Positions 7,178 to 18,991 of a stretch of DNA of 64,000 bases are shown one piece after another (the first letter of the stretch is position 1; every line of letters starts with the position of its first letter). The position numbers and the translations under genes are program-made. The stretch covers positions 411,234-475,233 of the forward strand of contig OZ246413.1 in NCBI GenBank assembly GCA_965231085.1, written 5' to 3'. The DNA comes from an uncultured Candidatus Saccharibacteria bacterium (lineage in GTDB: Bacteria; Patescibacteriota; Saccharimonadia; Saccharimonadales; UBA10212). The notes beneath the pieces were generated by a model. It did not search any database and had not been told where the DNA came from. It was given only the letters and a program-made list of their open reading frames with translations.

Positions 7178-7978
7178 TCAAGAGTCAATATCGCGAGAGC
7201 GAAAAGCCAGCCAAGACAAGCCGCCCAGAACCACTACTGCGACTAATAGACCTACCAAGTTAGGTATCGAAAACCTACCATTCAAGACATCTCCTGGGTG
7301 GTAATAGTGATACGGCAACAGTTTAGCTGGCCACTCCAACCACGACGCTAAACCAACCAGTGAGGTAATAATATACCCGCCAAAGGCCACAAAAGTGGCT
7401 ATGCCGACACTTGATAGCCTTCCCTTTCTACCTATTGCCGTCATAAAGAAGGCAATAGCCCCAAACAACAGAGCCATAACCATCGACATTACCGAAGCCA
7501 GAACTATCCACCCAAGACCGACTTCAATATTAACGACCGAACTTAGAATAACTGTCGTCACAGTAGAAATTAAAGTTACGATTGAAAGAATAATTAACCC
7601 TGCCAGAGCTTTGGCAGCAAGCAGCCTGCCTCTTGATACGGGTCGTGATAGAAGCAGCTCTATTGTCCCCTCGTTCTCTTCTTTGGCTATTAAACTGCTG
7701 CCCATTCCAATCGCTAAAATACTAAGTAACATCGGAAGCATCAGATAGAATATTTGCGAACTCAAATAACCAACCGGGGATAGAAAATCAGAAGTATCCG
7801 AAAATAATGACTTGGCAGCGTCAGGCAATTGCTCCAATGATTGGTTGAGCTGGCTAGCCTGATCTTTGACGGCTGGGTAGAAAACTAGATTCAGAACTAT
7901 AAAGATGCTAACTCCGAGACACCACCAAAAGATCGACCATCGGCGCTGCTGAAGCGTCCATTTAATAATTGTCTTCAT
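7178..7978 (-). CDS. ABC-2 type exporter permease
   Basis: About 6 predicted TM helices. 4-nt overlap with the upstream ATPase gene. Confidence 0.7.
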   Translation of the reverse strand: MKTIIKWTLQQRRWSIFWWCLGVSIFIVLNLVFYPAVKDQASQLNQSLEQLPDAAKSLFSDTSDFLSPVGYLSSQIFYLMLPMLLSILAIGMGSSLIAKEENEGTIELLLSRPVSRGRLLAAKALAGLIILSIVTLISTVTTVILSSVVNIEVGLGWIVLASVMSMVMALLFGAIAFFMTAIGRKGRLSSVGIATFVAFGGYIITSLVGLASWLEWPAKLLPYHYYHPGDVLNGRFSIPNLVGLLVAVVVLGGLSWLAFRSRDIDS

Positions 7979-8883
7979 TTAGTTTCCCCCGCGTAATATC
8001 TCAGAAATTCGTGCTCAACACTTATCTCTCTTTGGTTGATCGCCAATACATTATTAGCGGCTAATATTCTAAACATCGGCGATAGATCACCTTTGATATG
8101 AATCGTGACTTGGTGTGGTGAAACTTGCTCAACTTCTGTTTTCGGCAGAGCTTTAAGCTCCTTTATTGGAACATCGTCTTTAAAAGTTATATCAAAGGTT
8201 TTGATTGCGCCTATGTCAAGCGTAGCAATATTCTGCTCGGCTATTAGTTTCCCTTCCCGAATAAATCCTACACGATCACAAACCTTCTGGACCTCGCCTA
8301 AGTTATGGCTGCTAACAAAGACACTGGCCCCTCTTTGCTTGGTTTCGTGCATTAATTTAAAAAATTCTTCCTGCATCAACGGGTCCAGCCCGCCAGTTGG
8401 CTCATCAAGAATCAACAGTTCTGGTTCATGCATAAAAGCCTGTATGATACCTATCTTTTGTCGATTGCCTTTAGATAGCGCGCGAATTGGTACATCAACA
8501 TCGGCCTGAAATCTATCTATTAAAGTCTTTTGTATCCCGGGGTCCTTTGGAGGTTGCAGCTGGGACATATATTTCAAAAATTGTCGGCCTGTCATTTTGG
8601 AGTAAAGAGCTGCGTCACCAGACAAATACCCAACATGCTTTCTAATGGCAACTGACTCGCCAACAATATCCTTGCCTAGAATTCTAGCGGAACCACTAGT
8701 TGGCTGAATCAAATTAAGAAGCAGGCGAATCGTGGTGCTTTTACCCGAACCATTGGGGCCCAAAAAACCGTATATCTCACCCTTTGCGACGGCTATATCA
8801 AGATCGGAAACGGCATAATGATCAGAGCTACCATATCGTTTCGTGAGGCCGTCAGTTTTTATAACAAACACCTTAGTCCTCAT
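7975..8883 (-). CDS. ABC transporter ATP-binding protein
   Basis: Walker A GPNGSGKST, signature LSKGNRQK, Walker B LLILDEPTGGLD. Confidence 0.9.
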   Translation of the reverse strand: MRTKVFVIKTDGLTKRYGSSDHYAVSDLDIAVAKGEIYGFLGPNGSGKSTTIRLLLNLIQPTSGSARILGKDIVGESVAIRKHVGYLSGDAALYSKMTGRQFLKYMSQLQPPKDPGIQKTLIDRFQADVDVPIRALSKGNRQKIGIIQAFMHEPELLILDEPTGGLDPLMQEEFFKLMHETKQRGASVFVSSHNLGEVQKVCDRVGFIREGKLIAEQNIATLDIGAIKTFDITFKDDVPIKELKALPKTEVEQVSPHQVTIHIKGDLSPMFRILAANNVLAINQREISVEHEFLRYYAGETK

Positions 8884-8950
8884 ACTATAATTATACTCCT
8901 CCTAGGCTAGCTACTTTCGAGACAAAATAATGTCTTTCGATATTCTGGCT

Positions 8951-9535
8951 CTAAAAGCCGCGGCTGATTTTACCAATAGAAATATTTGCGTATCCATCTT
9001 TGGGCAGTGCAATTTTTAGATAGTGGGGAGTCGTAACCAAATTAGGATAGGCGAGTTTTCTAATGCTTTGTTTGCCTGCTGATATACCTCCTATGATTGA
9101 GGTTAGAATGTTTACATCTTCCGGAAAATAAGAATTAACACGGCCCTCCACTACCTCTTCGCAGCTGTATACTCCGCCGCCTGGGGAAAGGATTACCGAA
9201 TGTGATTGCTCGAATTTTCCACCTCGCTCGGCCACAAAGTTTCGTAGAGCATCTGTTCCTTCATCTCGATTAGTTTGATTGAAGTGCTGCATATATGCCT
9301 CACGGTATCCGGCAGCAAATAGAATCACTCCCGCTGCCGTACAACCTGTTAAATTACCAGTGGCTATTGAGCCGGTATCTCCGGGAGCCACAATGATTGA
9401 ACCAGCATTATTTGCATGGACAATATATGTTCCCTCGTTTTGCTCTTTTATCATGGCACGATCCCATAGCACTGATTCCACCGAGTTTCCGTATCCCGAT
9501 ACTGGCCTATAAGGATACTGGCCGGGTATAGTCAT
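8951..9535 (-). CDS. Hypothetical soluble protein (194 aa)
   Basis: Long ORF between two ABC-2 exporter operons on the same strand. No TM segment or signal peptide. Contains the Gly-rich Cys motif NLTGCTAAGVILF. No family recognised. Confidence 0.5.
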   Translation of the reverse strand: MTIPGQYPYRPVSGYGNSVESVLWDRAMIKEQNEGTYIVHANNAGSIIVAPGDTGSIATGNLTGCTAAGVILFAAGYREAYMQHFNQTNRDEGTDALRNFVAERGGKFEQSHSVILSPGGGVYSCEEVVEGRVNSYFPEDVNILTSIIGGISAGKQSIRKLAYPNLVTTPHYLKIALPKDGYANISIGKISRGF

Positions 9536-9573
9536 GCCTAGTATTATGAAATTAATTGATGTTTAGTAAAGGC

Positions 9574-10320
9574 TTAGGCCTGAATACGATTAAACCGATT
9601 AACCGCAAACCATACGCAAACCACCAAGGTTAGGCTCATAACAACGAGGTCTTTAATGATTCCAAAATGAGTTTGGTTAATTAATGTATAGCGAAGACCA
9701 TCAACAGCGTATGAAACGGGGTTAGCCGAAGCCAAGACTCTGAGCGCCACCGGCGCATTAGTTAGCGGATATAAAGCACTCGACAAGAAGAAAAGTGGAA
9801 ATACTAAAAAGTTATTAATACCCTGAAAGCCCTGGAAGTCGTTAACAATACTGGCGATAGCTGCTCCAAAACTGGTAAGGGCTATACTTAACATAATGAT
9901 AATCAACCCAGCCAGAGGTAGCATCGCATAATTTACTGGCCTAAAGCCTAGAGCTATCGACAAACCAAACACCAACAAGGCTTGAAATAAAACCGTTGTG
10001 GCCCCTCCAAGAGCATTGCCAAGCAGTATTCTAAACCGGCTAACCGGTGCGACTAACATTTCTTTTAAGAAACCAAAACGTTTATCAAACAGAATTTGTA
10101 TGCCCCAAAACACACCGGAAAATAATAAGGTTTGAACAATAATGCCAGGCACTAGAAATTGCAGGTAATTACCTTCGCCCGCTCGTTTGTAGACCGAACC
10201 AAGTCCGTAGCCAAGGGCTAGCAAATAAAGAACTGGTTGGCCAACTGCACCAAGCACCCGGGACTTACTCCTAAAGTACCTTTTAATCTGGCGGAGCCAA
10301 AGAATATATAAGACATCCAT
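9574..10320 (-). CDS. ABC-2 type exporter permease
   Basis: Six hydrophobic helices. Start and stop abut the upstream ATPase gene with a 1-nt overlap. Confidence 0.75.
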   Translation of the reverse strand: MDVLYILWLRQIKRYFRSKSRVLGAVGQPVLYLLALGYGLGSVYKRAGEGNYLQFLVPGIIVQTLLFSGVFWGIQILFDKRFGFLKEMLVAPVSRFRILLGNALGGATTVLFQALLVFGLSIALGFRPVNYAMLPLAGLIIIMLSIALTSFGAAIASIVNDFQGFQGINNFLVFPLFFLSSALYPLTNAPVALRVLASANPVSYAVDGLRYTLINQTHFGIIKDLVVMSLTLVVCVWFAVNRFNRIQA

Positions 10321-11123
10321 TAGCGGAGCCTCGAGTTTCTAAGCGCACCACGAACATTAAGGCCGTTATTATCTTCGCTAGTTTTGTCACGGACTTCTTT
10401 ACCAGTCATTTCTAGATATGCTTCTTCGAGTTTTTTGGTCTTGGTTTTAGCTGTTAGCTCTTTGGTGGTTCCGGTCGCGACAATTTTGCCATGATCAATG
10501 ATCGCAATTCTATCAGCCACCGCCTCAGCCTCATCCAGATAATGAGTGGTGAAAAATATTGTCATGCCTTCAGCACGACTGAGTTTTCTTACATAATCCC
10601 ACAAAATATTCCTGGTTTGGGTATCTAGTCCAAGTGTTGGCTCGTCTAAAAATAAAATCTTTGGGTGGTGCAATAATCCGCGGGCAATCTCAAGCCTTCG
10701 TCTCATACCGCCAGAATAGGTTCTAACTAAAGAATCCTTGCGTTCCCACAAATCCACTAGCTTCATTAGTTCTTCTATTCGGCTTGCTTGCTCGGCCTTT
10801 GGTGTGCCATAAAGTACAGCATGGATTTTCATGTTTTCATATGCCGTTAGTTCTTCTTCGAGTGCTGGGTCTTGGAACACAATGCCAAAACTTTTCCTAG
10901 CCGAAGCTTGATCTTTAGTTACGTCGTGACCGTTAAGCAATAAGACTCCACTTGTTGGCTGAAGCATAGTAGTGAGCATACTGATAGTTGTGCTCTTACC
11001 GGCTCCGTTTGGTCCCAAGAATGCAAAAATCTCACCAGCTTTAACCTGAAAGCTAATACCGCGCACAGCTCTAACTTCACCAAAATTTTTAACCACATTC
11101 GTGGCTTTAATAGCAAAATTCAT
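10320..11123 (-). CDS. ABC transporter ATP-binding protein (DrrA/CcmA-like)
   Basis: Walker A GPNGAGKST, signature YSGGMRRRLEIA, Walker B ILFLDEPTLGLD. Confidence 0.9.
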   Translation of the reverse strand: MNFAIKATNVVKNFGEVRAVRGISFQVKAGEIFAFLGPNGAGKSTTISMLTTMLQPTSGVLLLNGHDVTKDQASARKSFGIVFQDPALEEELTAYENMKIHAVLYGTPKAEQASRIEELMKLVDLWERKDSLVRTYSGGMRRRLEIARGLLHHPKILFLDEPTLGLDTQTRNILWDYVRKLSRAEGMTIFFTTHYLDEAEAVADRIAIIDHGKIVATGTTKELTAKTKTKKLEEAYLEMTGKEVRDKTSEDNNGLNVRGALRNSRLR

Positions 11124-11150
11124 TAATAAATATTATACACGGCTGGCTAG

Positions 11151-12296
11151 TTACTTGATCACGCGAGCAACTGCTGGAACGATTTTTTTATCTAATACGT
11201 AAGGAATTATTTGCTGGGCTGTTGGCCTTTTAACAAGGCTGGCTATTGCCTCAGCGGCAGCTATCTTATGTTCGTCGGTAATCTTTTTTACTTTGTTATC
11301 AAGCGCCCCACGAAAAATTCCTGGAAACGCCAAGGCGTTATTAACTTGGTTAGGATAGTCACTTCTACCAGTGGCTACGACGGCTGCACCGGCTTTTAGA
11401 GCAAGATCCGGCATAATCTCAGGGATTGGATTAGCCATGGCAAAAATAATGGCATTTTTATTCATAGATTTCACCATTGCCGGAGTAACTAACCCTGGAG
11501 CCGAAACACCTATAAATATGTCGGCCTCTCTCATTGCGTCGACTAAATCGCCAGACAGCTGTTTTCTATTGGTGAACTTAAGAAGTGCATTTTTCTCAGT
11601 ATTAAGATCGTTGCGAGACTTAGCAATAATCCCTTTGCTATCAACCGCCAAGATGTTCGGTTTAGCATATTTATATAGTAATTTCATAACTGCTGTACCA
11701 GCGGCTCCGGCACCCACGCAGACAACTTTGCAGTCTGACAGGTTCTTACCTGTAACCTTGGCAGCATTAATCAGTCCGGCTAGCACGACAATAGCTGTGC
11801 CATGTTGGTCATCGTGCATTACTGGTATATTTAGCTGCCTTTTAATCCGTTCCTCAATCTCAAAACACTTAGGTGCTGAGATATCTTCGAGGTTAATCCC
11901 TCCAAAACTTGGGGCAATAGCCAACACTGCTTCAACAATTTCATCAGCTGTATGTACGTCCAATACTATTGGCACTCCGTCGATATTGGCAAAATGCTTA
12001 AACAAAGCCGCCTTGCCTTCCATAACTGGCAATGCTCCGTACGGGCCAATGTCGCCTAGGCCAAGCACCGCTGAACCGTCGCTGATAATTGCCACGTTGT
12101 TTTTAAGCCATGTGTACTCGCGAGCTAATTCTGGCTTACCGGCGATCAATTTGGACACGGCAGCCACCCCCGGAGTGTAATAAATGCTGAGCTTCTCTCG
12201 GGTATCGAGCTTATCTTTTAAAGCAATGGCTATTTTGCCATGCATTTTCTTGTGTGCCGTAATAGCTTGCTTATTAACATCCATCTTATAGCCCAT
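11151..12296 (-). CDS. NAD(P)-dependent malic enzyme (short form)
   Basis: IYYTPGVA, DGSAVLGLGDIG, Rossmann motif VVCVGAGAAG, and GRSDYPNQVNNALAFPGIFRGALD are typical of prokaryotic malic enzymes. The 269-aa antisense ORF 11371..12180 is a shadow. Confidence 0.9.
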   Translation of the reverse strand: MGYKMDVNKQAITAHKKMHGKIAIALKDKLDTREKLSIYYTPGVAAVSKLIAGKPELAREYTWLKNNVAIISDGSAVLGLGDIGPYGALPVMEGKAALFKHFANIDGVPIVLDVHTADEIVEAVLAIAPSFGGINLEDISAPKCFEIEERIKRQLNIPVMHDDQHGTAIVVLAGLINAAKVTGKNLSDCKVVCVGAGAAGTAVMKLLYKYAKPNILAVDSKGIIAKSRNDLNTEKNALLKFTNRKQLSGDLVDAMREADIFIGVSAPGLVTPAMVKSMNKNAIIFAMANPIPEIMPDLALKAGAAVVATGRSDYPNQVNNALAFPGIFRGALDNKVKKITDEHKIAAAEAIASLVKRPTAQQIIPYVLDKKIVPAVARVIK

Positions 12297-12348
12297 TTTA
12301 ACGCATTATGTGGAAAACAGATGTTGTATTCTTGCCCAGCACCTACCG

Positions 12349-12600
12349 TCAATCGACCAAAGTAATCCTGGCCTTCAACTGCCTTAAACCCTGGCCGTAA
12401 TATTTCAAACTTTGTTCTCTTTTGAGAGCATCATCTTTGGTCGGATAGGCTTCGTAGTAAACTAACCTCCAAGGTACCCCAAACTTTGTGGATAAGTTCT
12501 TACCTGCGTTATGAGAGTAAAGTCGTCTCTTAAGATCAGGGGTCGTACCCACGTAGAACCCCTTAGTTTTTTGACTGTGCAAAAGGTACAAATAGTACAT
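12349..12600 (-). CDS. GIY-YIG nuclease superfamily small protein
   Basis: 83 aa. YYLYLL...GFYVGTTPDLKRRLYSHN matches the GIY-YIG core. Confidence 0.8.
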   Translation of the reverse strand: MYYLYLLHSQKTKGFYVGTTPDLKRRLYSHNAGKNLSTKFGVPWRLVYYEAYPTKDDALKREQSLKYYGQGLRQLKARITLVD

Positions 12601-12635
12601 GAGACGATTTTACTATATTTACAGTAGGTGCTGGG

Positions 12636-12665
12636 TTGAACAATAGGGGTGGCAACTGATACACT
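12636..12665 (+). promoter_or_regulatory. Candidate promoter of the atp operon
   Basis: TTGAAC (12636-12641), 18-nt spacer, TACACT (12660-12665), about 85 nt upstream of atpB. Confidence 0.3.
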
Positions 12666-12748
12666 GGGGGTTGAATGAATCGACATAAAAAAGTTACGAC
12701 CCGCGTTAATACGCTAGCCGTTCGACCCATCATGAGTCGGGGGTATCT

Positions 12749-13555
12749 ATGCTAGGCTTTTTCGGTGCGTTTCAGACAGAGCCTTTGAGCGCTGAACATT
12801 TGTTCAATATTGGCCCGCTCGGCATAACCAACTCCATGCTTTTTGGGCTGATTACGGCTATTAGTGTTGTCGCTTTATTACTTGCAGCTGCCAAATACTC
12901 TAGGCTCCACCCCCAAAGCAAACTAGCCTACACGGTTGAGCTACTGGTTGATTTTATTTGGGGCGTAGCTATTGGTGCGTTTGGTGACAGAAAAAAGGCC
13001 TTAAAGCATCTACCGCTCCTTGGTACTTTGTTTATCTTTATTTTAATAGCCAACTTATCTGGATCCGGGCTATTGCCAGGGGTTGGTACGTTCACTTATC
13101 ATTCTGGTGGTGAAACCTCGCCCTTGCTGCGACCGCTGACTACTGACTTAAATGCAACCTTATCGATGGCAATCCTGACCATTGGTTTAGTTCAGTTCTA
13201 CGCTATTAAAGAGTTAGGTATTAAAGGACACCTGAAGCACTATTTTGCTAGCCCTATTTGGAATCCAATGAATTTATTCATCGGTATCAACGAGGTTTTT
13301 GGTGAACTCCTTAGAATCGTGACCCTTTCGATGCGTCTTTTTGGCGTTATCTATGCTGGAGAGGTACTAATCACCGCGGTTGGCCATCTGGCTGGTAATT
13401 TTGCTTGGTTTGCAACAGTACCAACCGTTTTAATGGAGATATTTTTCTCCGTCATTCAAGCTTATGTGTTCATGATGTTAACTGCCACCTACCTGTCGGT
13501 AGCGACGAGCGGTGGGCATGAAAAACATGAGAAGCCCGCAGAAGTAATAAATTAG
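12749..13555 (+). CDS. atpB: F-type ATP synthase subunit a
   Basis: Polytopic membrane protein with the conserved Arg helix LSMRLFGVIYAGE. First gene of the atp cluster; no atpI upstream. Confidence 0.9.
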   Translation: MLGFFGAFQTEPLSAEHLFNIGPLGITNSMLFGLITAISVVALLLAAAKYSRLHPQSKLAYTVELLVDFIWGVAIGAFGDRKKALKHLPLLGTLFIFILIANLSGSGLLPGVGTFTYHSGGETSPLLRPLTTDLNATLSMAILTIGLVQFYAIKELGIKGHLKHYFASPIWNPMNLFIGINEVFGELLRIVTLSMRLFGVIYAGEVLITAVGHLAGNFAWFATVPTVLMEIFFSVIQAYVFMMLTATYLSVATSGGHEKHEKPAEVIN

Positions 13556-13565
13556 TATTAAGTAA

Positions 13566-13796
<231 letters not shown>

Positions 13797-13812
13797 TTGT
13801 AAGGAATAGAAA

Positions 13813-14343
13813 TTGTTAAACTTTAATCCACAATTTGCAAGCGATAACTCTGGCGGCATCAGCTCGCTGGGCGTCAATCTGAAGAGTTTTATCTTTCAGT
13901 TGATCACTTTTGTGATTGTTCTGTTGATTCTAAAACGCTATGTCTTTCCAAAGCTCGTAAAAACTCTAGAAGATAGACGCAAAACTCTTGAGGAAAGTTT
14001 GATCCAAGCTAAAAAAACCGAGGAAGCTTTAGCCAAAGCCGAAGAAAGTGCTACGCATATCCTTCATAAAGCGCGTGAACAGGCCGATGAAGCTCTAGCC
14101 GAAGCTAAAAATCAAGCCAAAGAGTTGGTCAGTAAGAGCGAGGAAACTGCGCGTGAACAGGCCGACAGGATAATTAAGGAAACTGAGTCTGTAATAGTTC
14201 AAGAACGCAATAAGTTGCGTGCAGAAATGAAGGCTGAGCTAGCCGGGTTGGTTGCTGAGGCCAGCGAGAAAGTCTTAAAAGCCAAGATGTCATCCAAAGA
14301 AGATGAAAAGCTGATTGAACAAAGCATCAAGGAGCTAAGATAA
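13813..14343 (+). CDS. atpF: F-type ATP synthase subunit b
   Basis: Single N-terminal TM helix followed by a long Ala/Glu/Lys-rich helix. TTG start. Position in the operon fits. Confidence 0.8.
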   Translation: MLNFNPQFASDNSGGISSLGVNLKSFIFQLITFVIVLLILKRYVFPKLVKTLEDRRKTLEESLIQAKKTEEALAKAEESATHILHKAREQADEALAEAKNQAKELVSKSEETAREQADRIIKETESVIVQERNKLRAEMKAELAGLVAEASEKVLKAKMSSKEDEKLIEQSIKELR

Positions 14344-14736
14344 ATGATTAATGCTTCACGCCGTTCATTAGCCAAGTACGCTGTTACTAAACTTGAGGCT
14401 GGCGAATCGCCTGCTAAAATTGCTAAAGCCCTTGTTTCTAGTCTTGCTGATAGCGGCAAGAAGAAAGAGTCTGAACTATTGATTGCAGATGTTTTTGAAA
14501 TGCTCGAAGTCAAAGGCCTGGTGGCTAACGCTACAGTCACAACGGCTAAACCATTGAGCGCCAAAAGTCGTGATTCATTAAGAAGGCATGTTGCAGATAT
14601 TGCTCGCGTAAAACAAGTAATTATAAATGAAGTGATTGATGAAGCCGTAATAGGTGGTTTTCGAATCGAAACGTCCACTCACAGCTGGGATAGAACAATT
14701 GCTCGAAAACTTGCCATGATAAAAGGAGGAATTTAA
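14344..14736 (+). CDS. atpH: F-type ATP synthase subunit delta (OSCP), short form
   Basis: Operon position plus the C-terminal OSCP-like motif [22 protein letters not shown]. Only 130 aa. Confidence 0.7.
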   Translation: MINASRRSLAKYAVTKLEAGESPAKIAKALVSSLADSGKKKESELLIADVFEMLEVKGLVANATVTTAKPLSAKSRDSLRRHVADIARVKQVIINEVIDEAVIGGFRIETSTHSWDRTIARKLAMIKGGI

Positions 14737-16286
14737 TGGCTACTATGGATACAAATGTAAAAAATCTAGCCGATGAAGTTAGGAAAGCTATTGCTGGTCT
14801 CAAGGACACGGGCGATGAGAAATCGGCCGGCGTAGTTACTCGTGTAGGCGACGGTGTAGCTTGGATTTATGGTTTGAGAGAGGTTGGCTACTCCGAAATG
14901 ATTGAAATTGAGAGTGTTTCAGGCAAACCAGTTACCGCTTTTGCCCTTAACCTCCTAGAGGACGAAATCGGAGCAGTGTTGCTTGGTGAAGATCAAGAAG
15001 TAAAGGCTGGTGCCCGAGTAAAGCTATCTGGCGAAATTTTAAGCATACCAATTGGCCCTGAACTAATTGGTCGGGTAGTCGACCCGTTGGGGCGACCACT
15101 GGACGGCAAAGGTCCTCTAAAAACTAAAGCTCGCGGCGAGATTGAGCGCCCTGCCCCAGGTGTTCTATATCGCAAAGGAGTTCACGAACCCCTGCCTACT
15201 GGAATTACAGCCATTGATGCTATGGTCCCAATCGGCCGTGGTCAACGACAGCTAATCATTGGCGACCGCCAAACTGGTAAAACCGCAATTGCTGTTGATA
15301 CTATGATCAACCAGGGCAAGCAAAAAACCGGGATTGTAACCATCTACGTAGCAATTGGCCAGAAGAATGCTCGTATTGCCCGTTTAATCGAGCGTCTTAA
15401 GCACGAAGGGGTTATGGACAACAGCATTATTGTCGCAACCAGCGCCTCCGACCCAGCCAGCCTTCAATACCTAGCACCTTACGCCGGCTGCGCCATTGGA
15501 GAATGGTTCCGTGATAATGCTAAACATGCCCTAATAATCTATGACGACCTATCTAAGCATGCCACTGCTTATCGTGAGATGAGTTTGTTGCTCCGCCGCC
15601 CACCAGGCCGCGAGGCTTATCCGGGTGATGTTTTCTACTTGCACTCAAGATTGCTTGAACGAGCTGCAAAACTTAGCGACGACCTTGGTGCTGGTTCGCT
15701 TACTGCCCTACCAATCATAGAAACTCAAGCCGGAGATGTTAGTGCCTATATCCCTACTAACGTGATCTCGATTACCGACGGTCAGATCTACCTAGAGACT
15801 GACTTGTTCTACCAGGGTATTCGCCCAGCTATTTCGGTCGGTTTGTCGGTTAGCCGTGTAGGTGGTGCTGCTCAACCCAAGGGTATTAAAGCCATAGCCG
15901 GTAGCTTACGTCTAAATCTTGCTCAATACCGTGAGTTGGCAGCGTTTTCTCAACTATCATCCGACCTAGACGAAGAAACTCAAGGTCGCCTGACTCGTGG
16001 TCGCTTGCTTACAGAGATGCTAAAGCAGGCCCAGTTCTCACCAATGAGCGTTTGGCAGCAAATGGTTAGTATCATCGCCTCAACCGAGGGAGCTTTTGAC
16101 AAAGTACCTGTCGATAATATTCGTGCAGCTCAAACAGCCCTACTGGCCGAAGTTGAGAAAAAGCACTCCAAATTGCTCAAGGATCTTGATGGTTCTGATA
16201 AGCCGACCGATGAACTTAAAAAGAAAATCATCGAAATTGCATCCAATATTGCCAAACAATATAAAGAAGCAAAGGTTAAAAAGTAG
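14736..16286 (+). CDS. atpA: F-type ATP synthase subunit alpha
   Basis: Walker A GDRQTGKT and highly conserved alpha-subunit sequence throughout. Confidence 0.95.
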   Translation: MATMDTNVKNLADEVRKAIAGLKDTGDEKSAGVVTRVGDGVAWIYGLREVGYSEMIEIESVSGKPVTAFALNLLEDEIGAVLLGEDQEVKAGARVKLSGEILSIPIGPELIGRVVDPLGRPLDGKGPLKTKARGEIERPAPGVLYRKGVHEPLPTGITAIDAMVPIGRGQRQLIIGDRQTGKTAIAVDTMINQGKQKTGIVTIYVAIGQKNARIARLIERLKHEGVMDNSIIVATSASDPASLQYLAPYAGCAIGEWFRDNAKHALIIYDDLSKHATAYREMSLLLRRPPGREAYPGDVFYLHSRLLERAAKLSDDLGAGSLTALPIIETQAGDVSAYIPTNVISITDGQIYLETDLFYQGIRPAISVGLSVSRVGGAAQPKGIKAIAGSLRLNLAQYRELAAFSQLSSDLDEETQGRLTRGRLLTEMLKQAQFSPMSVWQQMVSIIASTEGAFDKVPVDNIRAAQTALLAEVEKKHSKLLKDLDGSDKPTDELKKKIIEIASNIAKQYKEAKVKK

Positions 16287-16292
16287 CATCTT

Positions 16293-18564
<2,272 letters not shown>

Positions 18565-18568
18565 AATA

Positions 18569-18991
18569 ATGAATTTCCAGTTAATTTCAGCTACTGGCAT
18601 AAAGTTTGATGAGCCTGCTTACGAAGTAATCGTACCAACCAAGGACGGTGCAATTGCTCTATACGAAGATCACATGCCGTTAATCAGTTCTGGAGCCCCG
18701 GGAGTTTTAAGTATTCGTAAAAAACAGTCCGATAAAGACGCAGACATGGAGCACTTTGCAGTATATGGCGGTATTATGCAGATTGACGGCAAGAACGCTC
18801 GGTTTGTAACTGACGACGTTACTACATCTGATGAAGTCAGTGAGTCTGAGGCCAAAGCTGCTCTTGAGCGAGCCAAAAGCTTGGTTTCAGGCGCTGAATC
18901 ACGTGTCGCCTTGCACGAAGCAAGAAGCATAATCATGCACCATGAGGCCAGACTGCATCTAGCTCAGATTAAAAGCCGACACCACCGCTAG
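18569..18991 (+). CDS. atpC: F-type ATP synthase subunit epsilon
   Basis: Last gene of the operon, 140 aa, beta-sandwich plus helical hairpin pattern. Confidence 0.85.
   Translation: MNFQLISATGIKFDEPAYEVIVPTKDGAIALYEDHMPLISSGAPGVLSIRKKQSDKDADMEHFAVYGGIMQIDGKNARFVTDDVTTSDEVSESEAKAALERAKSLVSGAESRVALHEARSIIMHHEARLHLAQIKSRHHR

Noticed and set aside
11371-12180. 269-aa plus-strand ORF inside the malic enzyme gene. Similar long antisense ORFs occur at 45461-46006, 46055-46597, 46610-46966 and 47030-47236 (inside ligA), 7395-7748, 8105-8509, 14199-14678, 28552-28887, 30074-30445 and 52714-53079.
   Set aside because: Each lies fully antisense to a gene with strong, recognisable conserved motifs. 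Their translations are low-complexity Ser/Ala/Pro/Leu-rich strings with no motifs or ribosome-binding sites. They are shadow ORFs.
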